DNA of 64,000 nt from positions 85,030-149,029 of the forward strand of contig JAPLVF010000013.1 in NCBI GenBank assembly GCA_026397255.1, given 5' to 3'. The notes beneath the pieces are model-generated. The model did not search any database, was not told the origin of the DNA, and saw nothing but the letters and a program-made list of their open reading frames with translations. Source of the DNA: Candidatus Beckwithbacteria bacterium. Lineage in GTDB: Bacteria > Patescibacteriota > Microgenomatia > UBA1400 > CG1-02-47-37. Positions 1 through 9,989 of this stretch are shown piece after piece (within the stretch, counting starts at the first letter, position 1; each line of letters starts with the position of its first letter). The translations under genes and the position numbers were made by a program.

Positions 1-747
1 GGCGTCAACATCACTGGCCCGCATAGATTTAATAAAAGCGGAAATGGTGTTGAAATGTTCTTCACCGGCCCGGTCGTAACGCAAAAACTTACTCTGCAGA
101 GCGTTTTTAATATTGGCAACAGTAATCCGGTGATAGAGTGTATGGGTGGCTTCCAAAAGATTCAAGAGTTGGCGGCAGTCGCCGTTGGCAAACTCCAAAA
201 TAAATTCTTCGGCCTCCCGGGCAAGATTCTTAATTTTTAGCTCTTTTAACCCGCGTTTTAAAACTTTTTTTAAATCCGTTTTGGCGACTGACTCTAAAAC
301 AAATACCTGACAGCGGGATAAAAGCGGACTGATAACCGTAAAGCTGGGATTTTCAGTCGTGGCGCCGATTAGAGTCAGGGTGCCGTCTTCCACAAACGGC
401 AGTAAATAATCCTGCTGGAGTTTGTTAAAACGGTGAATTTCATCTAAAAATAAAATTGTCTGCTGCCGGAATAAGGTCGCCTTAGCCTCAACCACCACTT
501 TTTTAATATCGGCCTTACCGCAGGAAGCAGCGGATAACCCGACAAAATTTGCCTCCATTTCTTTGGCAATCAGACGCGCCAAAGTAGTCTTGCCGCACCC
601 GGGCGGACCCCAGAAAATCATTGAATGTAAAGTTTTCTTTTGAATGGTTAACAAAAGAGGCTTATTCAAGCCGACTAAATGCTTTTGACCGACAAACTCT
701 TTCAAATTTTTAGGGCGTAATCGGTCAGCCAACGGAGCTTCAACCAT
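1..747 (-). CDS. rarA: Replication-associated recombination protein A (AAA+ ATPase), runs off the window start
   Basis: Manual translation from ATG at 747: MVEAPLADRLRPKNLKEFVGQKHL...SMIFWGPPGCGKTTLARL...LFLDEIHRFNKLQQDYLLP...IGATTENPSF; not in the ORF track because it is partial. Confidence 0.9.
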   Translation of the reverse strand, partial: MVEAPLADRLRPKNLKEFVGQKHLVGLNKPLLLTIQKKTLHSMIFWGPPGCGKTTLARLIAKEMEANFVGLSAASCGKADIKKVVVEAKATLFRQQTILFLDEIHRFNKLQQDYLLPFVEDGTLTLIGATTENPSFTVISPLLSRCQVFVLESVAKTDLKKVLKRGLKELKIKNLAREAEEFILEFANGDCRQLLNLLEATHTLYHRITVANIKNALQSKFLRYDRAGEEHFNTISAFIKSMRASDVDA

Positions 748-778
748 AATACCAAACTAAACCCAAAGATGAAGATTG

Positions 779-1543
779 TCAACCAATGTCTTTGCCTTTG
801 ATAACGGCCGTATATTTATCGCCCAACTTTTTCTTTGCCCAATAACGGTTGGAGCGAAAAAGCGAGTAAAAAGTGCCGGAATCAGACCAAAAACCGGTTA
901 GTTCCTGCCAATGAAGCTGGCCCTGCTTTAAATAAGCATTATTAATATCAGTAACTTCCAGCTCTCCCCGGCCAGATGGTCTTAATTTTTTGATCATTTT
1001 AAAAACTTCATGATCGTAAATATACAAACCAGTGACGGCATAGGGCGAGCTGGGACTGGTTGGTTTTTCAACAATATCAATAATTTTTTGCGGATCGGTT
1101 TTGGCAAAAACCGGGTTGCCAAAACGCTCCGGATCAGGAACTTTTTTCAAAAAAATGGTGGCGCCGGATTTAAAATTTTTAACGGCCGGAGAAATATCCT
1201 CATCAGTGGTATTATCACCTAAAATTACGGTGATCGCGTCGCCGTCAGCAAAATCTTCAGCATATTGAAGCGCATCGGCAATCCCTTTAGACCCGCCTTC
1301 CTGATAGGCGTATTCCAAATGAGTAATGCCAAATTCTTTACCGTTTTTCAAAACCTGCATAAATTGTCCGGCATGGATATCCCCCGTAACGATTAAAATA
1401 TTCTTAATCCCGGCGTTAACTAAAGTCTGGATGGGGTAATAAATCATCGGCTGGTCATAAATAGGCAGTAAATGCTTGTTGGTAGGATAAGTTAAGGGGT
1501 ACAATCTTGTTCCCTTGCCGCCGGCTAAAATAACACCTTTCAT
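779..1543 (-). CDS. Glucose-1-phosphate thymidylyltransferase-family nucleotidyltransferase (RmlA/SpsI-like)
   Basis: GVILAGGKGTRLYPLT, NKHLLPIYD, RGELEVTD motifs. Confidence 0.88.
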   Translation of the reverse strand: MKGVILAGGKGTRLYPLTYPTNKHLLPIYDQPMIYYPIQTLVNAGIKNILIVTGDIHAGQFMQVLKNGKEFGITHLEYAYQEGGSKGIADALQYAEDFADGDAITVILGDNTTDEDISPAVKNFKSGATIFLKKVPDPERFGNPVFAKTDPQKIIDIVEKPTSPSSPYAVTGLYIYDHEVFKMIKKLRPSGRGELEVTDINNAYLKQGQLHWQELTGFWSDSGTFYSLFRSNRYWAKKKLGDKYTAVIKGKDIG

Positions 1544-1554
1544 AAAAAACTCCT

Positions 1555-1782
1555 TTAGGCCCGCAAACTAATAAAAATTAATACAATCGCACCCAATAAA
1601 CTAATGGCTAAATATTCCAAGACTACCGGTAAAAATAAAGTTTTATCCCGTTTATGAATAAACATTCCCCAGAGAAAATAACTGATTCCCATAACAACAG
1701 AAACAGGCAGGCGATATTGAGGCACTTTTAAATAGATTAACCCTAAAATTATCAGCCAAGTCAACAAATTTAAATATGGCAT
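1555..1782 (-). CDS. Small membrane protein
   Basis: 75 aa, three hydrophobic segments, in operon context. Confidence 0.65.
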   Translation of the reverse strand: MPYLNLLTWLIILGLIYLKVPQYRLPVSVVMGISYFLWGMFIHKRDKTLFLPVVLEYLAISLLGAIVLIFISLRA

Positions 1783-1783
1783 A

Positions 1784-2620
1784 TTAAAGGATTAAGCCTG
1801 GCTGGATTCCCACCAGCAAGATTAATAGTATACCTAAAAATATCAAGTGAGCCAAGCTGGAACCGGAAAGCCGGATAATTTTCTTTTTGGTCACAATCGC
1901 CGAATCGATTAAAATTACGGCTATAAGAATAATCGTTAAGCTGATAGAAATCGCTTTAGTTAAGTGAAAAGAGCTGATTAAGGGACTCGTTTTGATCTCT
2001 GCCAGAACGGCTTCGGCGTTGGCATTGATTTCTCCGGTTTTAACCGGCAGTGCCGAACTGACCTGCGTACCGAATAATTGAACGATTAAAGTAGTCGGCT
2101 GACCCTGAAAAGTATCCTGGATGACGGCAATACCGATTTCCCGGTAACGGCCGGAGAGAAGATTATCCCGGTGTGTCGGCGAGTTCATCCAAGCGGTAAT
2201 AACCGACGGAGAATCCTGAAAATCCCTGGCTAAATTCTCGCCGGCATAAAGATATTGATAATGAACATTTTTAAAAAAATCCCAAGGAGTGGTTCCGTCC
2301 GGCGACGCATGCGCCCAATAATTTTTGGCAATCATGTCCGCTCCTTTTTCCTGGGCAGCTTCGGATAAAAGCGGGCTAATCGTTAAGACCGGCAGGCCAT
2401 TTTCCTCCCGGGTTTTATTAGTCAGATTGACAATTTCGTCGGCAGTAATCGAAGAATTAATCCCTAAAACACCGGGCATCCTTGCCCCTAAGAAACTAAA
2501 ACAAACCTGGGTAAAAATTACTAAGACCAGCAAAACACTGAGCGAAGAAGCGTGAAGGGTTTTAGCTTTGTAGTTATTGGATTCCTGGGGGGTGAATAAA
2601 TGGGACAGTAAATGAATCAT
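1784..2620 (-). CDS. CAP (SCP-like) domain membrane protein
   Basis: LTNKTREENGL, YWAH, AGENLA, WMNSPTHRDNLL; N- and C-terminal TM segments. Confidence 0.9.
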   Translation of the reverse strand: MIHLLSHLFTPQESNNYKAKTLHASSLSVLLVLVIFTQVCFSFLGARMPGVLGINSSITADEIVNLTNKTREENGLPVLTISPLLSEAAQEKGADMIAKNYWAHASPDGTTPWDFFKNVHYQYLYAGENLARDFQDSPSVITAWMNSPTHRDNLLSGRYREIGIAVIQDTFQGQPTTLIVQLFGTQVSSALPVKTGEINANAEAVLAEIKTSPLISSFHLTKAISISLTIILIAVILIDSAIVTKKKIIRLSGSSLAHLIFLGILLILLVGIQPGLIL

Positions 2621-2675
2621 TGATTCATTTTACTCAAGTTCAGCAGTAACAATCAAGCGCTTCAAGAAGTCTTGT

Positions 2676-5600
2676 TTACTTAATCTTCCGACGGCGATAG
2701 TAACGGATTAAAAACCAAGCCGGAAATAATGTTAATAACCAGGGCCACCAACCGAAATAATGTTCACCCAACACAGTTCCTGGAGATTCTACGCCAGAAG
2801 CAGGAGGGGTAGCTTCTTCTTCAACTCCAAGAACTTCCGGCGCCGGTAAAAATCCGGTTGCCGGTCCGATGGCTCCCGGAATGCCAGCTATGGTGGTAGC
2901 TGTATTAACTTCATTGGAATATGTGCCACGATTACCAACAGTGTCGTAAGCCGCGACGACGACATAATAAAGACCGGTTCCTAAGCCTTGAATTGTGTAT
3001 GAGGTAACGTTACCTACGTGTGCAGCATAATCATAAACGCCTGTTGCCGTACCGTACCACACAGAATAGTCAGTGGCATCAGAAATTGCATTCCAAGCCA
3101 AGCTGACAGAACCAGTTCCTGTGCCAACCATAGATAATATAGGAGCGATTGGTCCGGTCAAATCAACAGTGGCGGTTGTTGAAGTATCTGCTGTGAAACC
3201 GGCTTGATCATAGGCAGTTACTTTTATTGTCCAATCACCTTCACTTAAATTATCGGTGATAGTATATTCAAAAGTTGCTTCAGATACATCTGCGCCTTTT
3301 TCATCTACGCCGTCTTTCTTCCAGGTGACTCGGTAATGATTGATGCCAACGTTATCTTGAGCTGCTTCCCATGTTACTTTAACGTTATTTCCGTTAGAGG
3401 GATTTGGTGATACAGAAAGGTTTTGTGGTCCTTTATCCAGCGTTGTTTCGTCCCATGAAATATTTTTAATACCAACTTCTGAATAATTGTCTGCCAAATC
3501 ATGTGCTCGGTAGTATAAAATGTGAGCGCCTTCGCTTCCTGGTTTAAATGGGGCTGAATACGTAGTCCAAGAACCAGTCTGGGAATCCCATTGATATTCA
3601 ATCTTGTCAATATTTGTATCTGTTGCCGTAAGAGTCACTTCCGGCTGAGTTTTATACCAGCCATTACTCCCATCAGCTGTTAGAGGGTTGATTGATAAAG
3701 CTACTTCCGGGATTGTTTTATCTAAGATAATAGTTAAAGTATAGGTATCTTCTATATTACCGGCATTATCAGTGGCATGAGATTTTATGGTGTAGGTACC
3801 TTGAGCAGGTGAAGTAAGGCCAGCATATTCCCAATTCCCTGTTGCATAAGATGTATTAAGTAGGATTTCTGTCCCGCTGACTACAAATGATGTGCCATCG
3901 AAGTATTGAGTCAAGTCTTTTTGAATTGAAATTTGTACACCGTTCACGTGACTAAGAGTGTCTGTGGCGGCTCCCTTAATAGATCCGTTCCAACTATTCG
4001 TGATTATTGTACTATCAGTTCCCGAGTTTAATGGGTCAGTAATCGTACTATCTGGGTCGGTAAAATCAATATCAGCTCCATTTGAAGTAACAGTGGTTGT
4101 ATTACAGTTTCCCGCGGCGTCACAGACATTAGGAGTAATTGAGCAGGTTTGATTTGTCCCCTGAGTGGTTATGTCACAGGTTGGATTATTACCTGAGGCT
4201 ACTCCATTTGTATCTGCGTAAGTAAAGGTGGATGTTCTGTTTGTGTTATACCATCCGGAAAACGTTGTTTTGGAAGCCAAAGCCGGAGCTGTGGCATCGT
4301 AATAGTAATGCACCGGAGTGCTCCAACCACTTTCGTTACCAGCGTTGTCGATAGCTTGTACCCAAATGGTTACACCATCTTGTTCGTTAAGGCCTGGTGT
4401 GTGGTTGCGTGAGGTTCCGGAAACTGTACGTATAATGGTATCTTGTCTGCCGGCGAGGTGGTGGTCATAAGTATATTTGATTTGATATTCTTTGATGCCA
4501 CTACCGCCGGTGTCGCTCGATACGGACCATTGATTTAGAATGGGAATTGTTTTGAAATATTGTTCAGCAGTTGGTGAGGTTATAGTTGGTTTTCCCGGCG
4601 CTGTTTTGTCAATATTAGTTATTGTTACTGTTTTAGTGGTAATATTTCCCGCAGTATCAGTGGCGACAAAATCAAATGAACCGTTTGTTGTAAATTGGTG
4701 AGATGTAGTATTTAATATTCCTTCATTTGTCGAAGCAGTCACAGTGATATTTTGATTAGTCCAACTCGTATTGTAAGGATCAACTGTTATAACCGGTGCG
4801 GTTGTATCATAGGTGATTGCACATAAAGATGTCCAAGTACCTTTATTACCAAGGGCATCATAAGCGCGAATTCTGGTCCAATATGTATTTCCATTGGTTG
4901 CCCCACCACCATTTACATAATTTGTAGACAAGGAGTGACTTACAAGCAACGTTGTTGAATTTGGTGAATAAACTTCCCTATCGTAACCGGCTACTCCAGC
5001 GTTTGCATCCGTAGAAGGACCCCAAAGGTTTGTCAGTGGTAAATAGTTCAAACTTTGTCCACATGTTTTGTAATTATTAAAGTCAGCGCCACTTGCATAA
5101 TCGCTGCCAACTGGCGGATTTTCGCTAGACCAACCAATTTGTCCTGGAGTTGTAGGACCAGTTTTATCGATACCCGCTATTGCGTCAGACATTAGATACG
5201 TTGTATTAGTGGCAGCATCAACTGCCCTGTAGCAAACTTTTTTGCCATTATCGGATTCAGAAGTAAATGTCTGACTGGCATAAGACACAAAGGTTAAAGT
5301 GCCGTCACAAACCGAACCAGTAGTATTACTCATTTCTAAAGTGCCTTCGGAAGTACTAGCCGTAATCGTTTTACTCAGCGCTGGATTTGTGTTGGGATTA
5401 TTAATGGTGATTGTTGGAGCGGTGGTATCCCAAACCAAATTAAACTCATCAAATGAAGAATTGCCGGCATTATCGGTAGCCGTCAATCTTAAAACATAAG
5501 TTCCATCAACAGTCGCAGAAACGGTTGTTGAGGTTAAACTGGCAGTACCAAAAGATATCGTTCCCGGACCTGATTCTTTTGTCCAGAGAACACTGGCAAT

Positions 5601-7529
5601 CCCGGAGATTAAATCGGTTGCCGAACCAATTTGGGTAAATAAGGCATTTTTGGATTGATCAGCACCGGCGTTAACTGAGGGGGCAGTTTTATCAATATTG
5701 GCACCATTAGAAGTCACCGGAGCGGTACTGCAATTGCCAGCGTTGTCACAAACATTTGGCGTGACCGAGCAAGTTTGATTGGCCCCTTCAGTGCTGATAG
5801 TGCAGGAAGCCGGATTACCGGAATTTATGCCGCTCCTTGAATCTGTGTAATTAAAATAAGATGTTTTACTTATCTTATACCAATCCCAACCAGAAAAGGT
5901 TGTTTTCGATGAAAAAACAGGGGCTGTTTTATCTAATTTAATAGTGACTGAATTAGAACTGTTACCACCTGTGCTAGTGGCCGAACAGGTAATGGTTTGA
6001 CCGGAGGTCTCAGTGTTTATGGTTTGTGTATTACAACCGGTTTGAGAAGTGATTGTGGACTCGGGATCAGTAACGCTCCATGTCACAGTTGGGTTAGAAT
6101 TATTCCAGCCGGCGGCATTTGGCGCTGGGCTGACATTGTAGGTAATTACTGGAGGAGTGGGATCGCTGTTAACAGTAAAAGTAGAGGTCCCCTTATCTGC
6201 CCAAGACCAACAAGTAAAAAGCCAAAAACTACAGTTTTGGACATTTGCGTACCAAGTTCCAAGAGCGGCGTTGCTTGGTAATGCATATGAACAAGTTACT
6301 TCTTTACTTCCCCCGCCGTTATCACAACTGGCGATAGAACTGTTGCTTGGATTTTTGATATTTAGACGCAAAAGTTCGGTCTTAGTGGAAGTTGCTTTAG
6401 CAAAAACTGTTTGTCCGCGCACGTATGAAGTTTTCGGAGTTGAGTAACTATTAGACGAATAGGTTGATACAGAATACACCGCATCTGTAAATGTTGTTTC
6501 AGCAACTATTTTATTCTCGTCTTTAACTTCAACTTTATAATTCGGCCGATAGTTGCCGTCGAGTTGGTAGGCATAAGTAAATTCGCCTAGATCGTTGGTG
6601 GTAATGGAAGTCTCGAAATTAACCGTTGGCTCATCGGTGGAAGAAATAATTAAAGCATAATCTTTATTGGGAGCAAAGGAGGTGCCGGAAATAATGACGA
6701 TTTCGGTCGGGGCATAATCGGGTTTATCGGTAGACAGTTGGGCGCTGGAAACATTGGCTGAGTCAAGATCAAAGACGGGAAGGCTAGTTTCAGAATTAAC
6801 AATCACGGCAGATAGTTGGCCGGTTTCTTCAGGTTGAGTGGAGCCTAAAACTTCCGGGCTAGGCTGAATGTCCTCCTTCGCTGAAGCTTCGGCGGACGAA
6901 GGCGGACCGGTTTCTTTAGGCGGATCAGATGGTTGAACGGACGGACTGGGAAGGGATAACGGGGCCGGACTGACTGATGGTGTTGGGCTGGGAGTAATCA
7001 CCGGCGACGGACTGACTAGCGGTTGATTAGGATTTTCCAGCCAACTATTTTCGTCTGCGGAAAGATTAAGTGATGTATCAGCGGCTTCGGATACTATTTC
7101 CAATTGCTGACTAGTAATAGTAAACCTAGTCACATTGACGACGGATGCGCCGTCAATCTGGGTTTTAAGAATACCGCGGACAACCTGGTGTTTAACGCAG
7201 TTGCCATTTTCAGAACACGTGCCGGCATAAATTTCTTTGGTAAAAGTTCCGCTGTCAACTTTATCTTGACCACTAACGGCTTCGGTTTTATCATCGACTG
7301 TCCGATAGGCTAAAAGATAGCTAACTTCTTTATCAGTATCGACGGTAAAAGAAAAAGAGTTTTTAGCTGAATCGAAAGTAATTGGAGTTGTTTTGACAAC
7401 GGTTGAAACCAAATCTTCTTCAGCATAAACAGGCTTTATTAAAACTGAAGCGATCGGCAATAATTGATTAGCCAATAAAGCCCAGGCCGAAATAACAGAA
7501 AGCAGTTTTCTGGAAAAACTTTTTTTCAT
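2676..7529 (-). CDS. Large cell-surface protein with Ig-like/FN3 repeats and C-terminal TM anchor
   Basis: Signal peptide (MKKSFSRKLL...VYA), repeated D-x-T-A-P and D-x-A-G-N modules, FN3 near the C-terminus, TM plus RRRKIK tail; start set to the ATG at 7529. Confidence 0.85.
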   Translation of the reverse strand: MKKSFSRKLLSVISAWALLANQLLPIASVLIKPVYAEEDLVSTVVKTTPITFDSAKNSFSFTVDTDKEVSYLLAYRTVDDKTEAVSGQDKVDSGTFTKEIYAGTCSENGNCVKHQVVRGILKTQIDGASVVNVTRFTITSQQLEIVSEAADTSLNLSADENSWLENPNQPLVSPSPVITPSPTPSVSPAPLSLPSPSVQPSDPPKETGPPSSAEASAKEDIQPSPEVLGSTQPEETGQLSAVIVNSETSLPVFDLDSANVSSAQLSTDKPDYAPTEIVIISGTSFAPNKDYALIISSTDEPTVNFETSITTNDLGEFTYAYQLDGNYRPNYKVEVKDENKIVAETTFTDAVYSVSTYSSNSYSTPKTSYVRGQTVFAKATSTKTELLRLNIKNPSNSSIASCDNGGGSKEVTCSYALPSNAALGTWYANVQNCSFWLFTCWSWADKGTSTFTVNSDPTPPVITYNVSPAPNAAGWNNSNPTVTWSVTDPESTITSQTGCNTQTINTETSGQTITCSATSTGGNSSNSVTIKLDKTAPVFSSKTTFSGWDWYKISKTSYFNYTDSRSGINSGNPASCTISTEGANQTCSVTPNVCDNAGNCSTAPVTSNGANIDKTAPSVNAGADQSKNALFTQIGSATDLISGIASVLWTKESGPGTISFGTASLTSTTVSATVDGTYVLRLTATDNAGNSSFDEFNLVWDTTAPTITINNPNTNPALSKTITASTSEGTLEMSNTTGSVCDGTLTFVSYASQTFTSESDNGKKVCYRAVDAATNTTYLMSDAIAGIDKTGPTTPGQIGWSSENPPVGSDYASGADFNNYKTCGQSLNYLPLTNLWGPSTDANAGVAGYDREVYSPNSTTLLVSHSLSTNYVNGGGATNGNTYWTRIRAYDALGNKGTWTSLCAITYDTTAPVITVDPYNTSWTNQNITVTASTNEGILNTTSHQFTTNGSFDFVATDTAGNITTKTVTITNIDKTAPGKPTITSPTAEQYFKTIPILNQWSVSSDTGGSGIKEYQIKYTYDHHLAGRQDTIIRTVSGTSRNHTPGLNEQDGVTIWVQAIDNAGNESGWSTPVHYYYDATAPALASKTTFSGWYNTNRTSTFTYADTNGVASGNNPTCDITTQGTNQTCSITPNVCDAAGNCNTTTVTSNGADIDFTDPDSTITDPLNSGTDSTIITNSWNGSIKGAATDTLSHVNGVQISIQKDLTQYFDGTSFVVSGTEILLNTSYATGNWEYAGLTSPAQGTYTIKSHATDNAGNIEDTYTLTIILDKTIPEVALSINPLTADGSNGWYKTQPEVTLTATDTNIDKIEYQWDSQTGSWTTYSAPFKPGSEGAHILYYRAHDLADNYSEVGIKNISWDETTLDKGPQNLSVSPNPSNGNNVKVTWEAAQDNVGINHYRVTWKKDGVDEKGADVSEATFEYTITDNLSEGDWTIKVTAYDQAGFTADTSTTATVDLTGPIAPILSMVGTGTGSVSLAWNAISDATDYSVWYGTATGVYDYAAHVGNVTSYTIQGLGTGLYYVVVAAYDTVGNRGTYSNEVNTATTIAGIPGAIGPATGFLPAPEVLGVEEEATPPASGVESPGTVLGEHYFGWWPWLLTLFPAWFLIRYYRRRKIK

Positions 7530-7595
7530 TCGCCTTATTATACCCTTGCTTGTCAAGTGAACAAATGACTCAATCCGAATCTTATTATACCTAAT

Positions 7596-8834
7596 CTATA
7601 TCTGCCAAGAAGTTTTTAGCTGAAATTGTTTGTCGCCTAAGTAGCCGTTGATTTCCGGCCGAATTATAGTTTGATTAAGCAAGGCTGCCGGATAAATCGT
7701 ATACTCGCCGTAACTTTGATTAATTAAATCAACTGTTTTTAAAATTTTATCTTGCTTTTGATCAGCAATAAATAACGGTTGAGGCAGTAAGTTCTTTTTA
7801 GTCAAAAGAGAAATCCAAACGCCGGCGAAACGAATGGGGCGGTGAATTTGCCAGCGATTATATATAGTATAAAGTTGCCGGAAAACTTCCCGACCGGAAT
7901 CAGTAAAAATTTGTCTGGTAACGTGCTTTAATTGATTAAAGTGGTCCCCACGGACAGCCAAACCAAACTGCCGGCCGACTAAGCCCATCTGCCGTAATTT
8001 CCAGACAGCTTCTTCCACTAAATTTCTGATTAAAGCTTTAATGACAGCTTGATTGGTGGTGGTGGCAAATAAAGTATAGGTGCGGGAAACAGACTTGGCT
8101 GGCTGTATCTCTTTCACTGTCACTAAAGAATGGTTGTCTTCCCCTTGACTGAAACGGGTTAATTCTTTGGCCCAAAACTGACCGAATTCGGCTTGAAGAA
8201 TCGATTGGGGCACAAGTTTAACTTGGCTTAAAGACGTAATCCCCAGGTTGTTTAATCGTTGACTCAAATGGCGACCAATGCCGCAAACGTCGGCAAATTT
8301 AGCCTCTTTTAAAACTTGGTTTTGATTCTGATCGTTAATCACAAAAAAGCCTTTTTTCTGGGCTAAGCTGGAAGCCAGTTTGGCTAAAAATTTATTTTTA
8401 GCAATGCCGATGGAAACGCCTAAACATTCCCCTAATTCTGACTGAATTTTGGTTTGGATTTTTTGAGCTAATTTGACTGAACCGCCGAAAAAGATTTGAG
8501 TATAGGTGACGTCTAAAAAAACTTCATCCAGCGAGAAAACTTCCACGACGTCGCTAAAATTATTCATCAGCTGAATAAACTGTTGGGTGACGGCGGCATA
8601 GCGAGTAAAATTGGCGGGAACTAAGATAATTTTAGGACAAAGGGTTTTAACTTCTCCTAAACTCATGCCGGTTTTAATCCCAAAGGTTTTGGCTTGGTTA
8701 GAACAGGCAATGACGCAAGTGCGGCCTAGGGCTTTTAAGATACCGACTGGTTTTCCCCGTAAAGACGGATTAAACTGTTGTTCGACTGAGGCAAAAAAAC
8801 TATTTAAGTCAACGTGGAAAATTAGCCGATCCAT
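7596..8834 (-). CDS. dinB: DNA polymerase IV (Y-family)
   Basis: FHVDLNSFFASVEQ, SLDEVFLD, SIGIAKNKFLAKLAS; start set to MDRLIF. Confidence 0.9.
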   Translation of the reverse strand: MDRLIFHVDLNSFFASVEQQFNPSLRGKPVGILKALGRTCVIACSNQAKTFGIKTGMSLGEVKTLCPKIILVPANFTRYAAVTQQFIQLMNNFSDVVEVFSLDEVFLDVTYTQIFFGGSVKLAQKIQTKIQSELGECLGVSIGIAKNKFLAKLASSLAQKKGFFVINDQNQNQVLKEAKFADVCGIGRHLSQRLNNLGITSLSQVKLVPQSILQAEFGQFWAKELTRFSQGEDNHSLVTVKEIQPAKSVSRTYTLFATTTNQAVIKALIRNLVEEAVWKLRQMGLVGRQFGLAVRGDHFNQLKHVTRQIFTDSGREVFRQLYTIYNRWQIHRPIRFAGVWISLLTKKNLLPQPLFIADQKQDKILKTVDLINQSYGEYTIYPAALLNQTIIRPEINGYLGDKQFQLKTSWQI

Positions 8835-8875
8835 TAATTCTAGTAAAGCCGAATAAAAGACGAATGTAAAGAGGG

Positions 8876-8915
8876 AAAAACCCCGTCCCGACATAATATC
8901 GGGGCGGGGCAAAAA
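8876..8915 (-). terminator. Intrinsic terminator, possibly bidirectional
   Basis: CCCCGTCCCGA-cataata-TCGGGGCGGGG GC-rich hairpin flanked by A-runs (U-tract on the minus strand), just after the 61-aa ORF. Confidence 0.8.
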
Positions 8916-8927
8916 TAAATTTATTTT

Positions 8928-9113
8928 TTACATCTTAGGTTCTTCAGTTACTGGTGCGGCCGGCCCGCCTGGAGTCGAGACAGGTTCCGGAGTCGGAGCC
9001 GCCGGAGTATCACCGGGCAAAGGTATATCCGTGGGTGTAGGGGTAGGTGTAGGCGTGGGTGTAGGAGCCGCCGGAGTATCACCGGGCATTACAGGATTTT
9101 GTGTATCATCCAT
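8928..9113 (-). CDS. Small Pro/Thr-rich disordered protein
   Basis: Strong SD-like GGGGGTGA upstream, own terminator, internal PGDTPAAPTP duplication. Confidence 0.7.
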   Translation of the reverse strand: MDDTQNPVMPGDTPAAPTPTPTPTPTPTDIPLPGDTPAAPTPEPVSTPGGPAAPVTEEPKM

Positions 9114-9163
9114 AAATCACTCACCCCCCTTCTTTTTGCTATTATCTATTATAAATCACTATA

Positions 9164-9967
9164 TTATGAAAAGTGGATTGAACGCAAGTCAGATAAAGTC
9201 TTGGAGCTTAAACCAAGGCCGGATAATTTTTTGGCAGGAGCCTTAAGGACATCGCTGCATAACACTAAATTATTCTGAATTAAAATTTCCAGTTGGTGTT
9301 TTTCTAAAAAAGCAAAGCAAGTAACCGGATACAACTGATAGGTTTCAATTAATTGTTCCAGACTGTCTTTTGTAGGATAACGCCAAGCCAGCAATTTCAT
9401 TCCCCGACACTCACCATACTTAACGGCATTTTGAGTTAATTTGGTATTAGTGACCAACCACACTCCATGATAATCATTAACCGCGGTCACATCTTCAAAA
9501 CGGCCTTCGGTATAAAGGACATCTTTAGAATGGGATTTGGTGCCGGGCCGGTTATGAAATTTACACTCGATTAAAAATTTAAGATTATCTTTTTCGGCCA
9601 CCACATCAATTTCATGATCAATACAGCGGCCTTTAACGATCACTTGAGTTTGGGTGTGGAAACCCAGAGAGTTTAAAAGCCGGGCAACAAATTTTTCAAA
9701 CGGATAGCCGGACGGGCCTAAGGCCATCAAGGCTTCTTTTAAAGTGTAACGATAGCTATCACCGAATTGATATTGATTTAAAAGCGCAAAAACTTTGGTA
9801 TAAATTTCTTTGGTGGTAATGCCGTCGTAAAGCTGACCGATTAAGTTCACTAATATTTTATCGATAATGGCGGCTTTAACGCCGGCGCGCTGTAAAGACT
9901 GACGAACTTTACTTTCTAAAAAAACTTCTTTTTCTCCGGAAGCTTTAATAATATTAATGGCGGACAT
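9164..9967 (-). CDS. ATP-cone domain fused to an Mrr-like PD-(D/E)xK restriction endonuclease domain
   Basis: IIKASGEKEVFLESKV (ATP cone); FEKFVARLL, HEIDVVAEK, IECKFH; start set to MSAINI. Confidence 0.8.
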   Translation of the reverse strand: MSAINIIKASGEKEVFLESKVRQSLQRAGVKAAIIDKILVNLIGQLYDGITTKEIYTKVFALLNQYQFGDSYRYTLKEALMALGPSGYPFEKFVARLLNSLGFHTQTQVIVKGRCIDHEIDVVAEKDNLKFLIECKFHNRPGTKSHSKDVLYTEGRFEDVTAVNDYHGVWLVTNTKLTQNAVKYGECRGMKLLAWRYPTKDSLEQLIETYQLYPVTCFAFLEKHQLEILIQNNLVLCSDVLKAPAKKLSGLGLSSKTLSDLRSIHFS

Positions 9968-9989
9968 ACCCTTATGATAAACTAAAGCT

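Noticed and set aside
2676..7529. Diversity-generating retroelement target
   Set aside because: No reverse transcriptase and no near-identical TR/VR pair with adenine-specific differences seen
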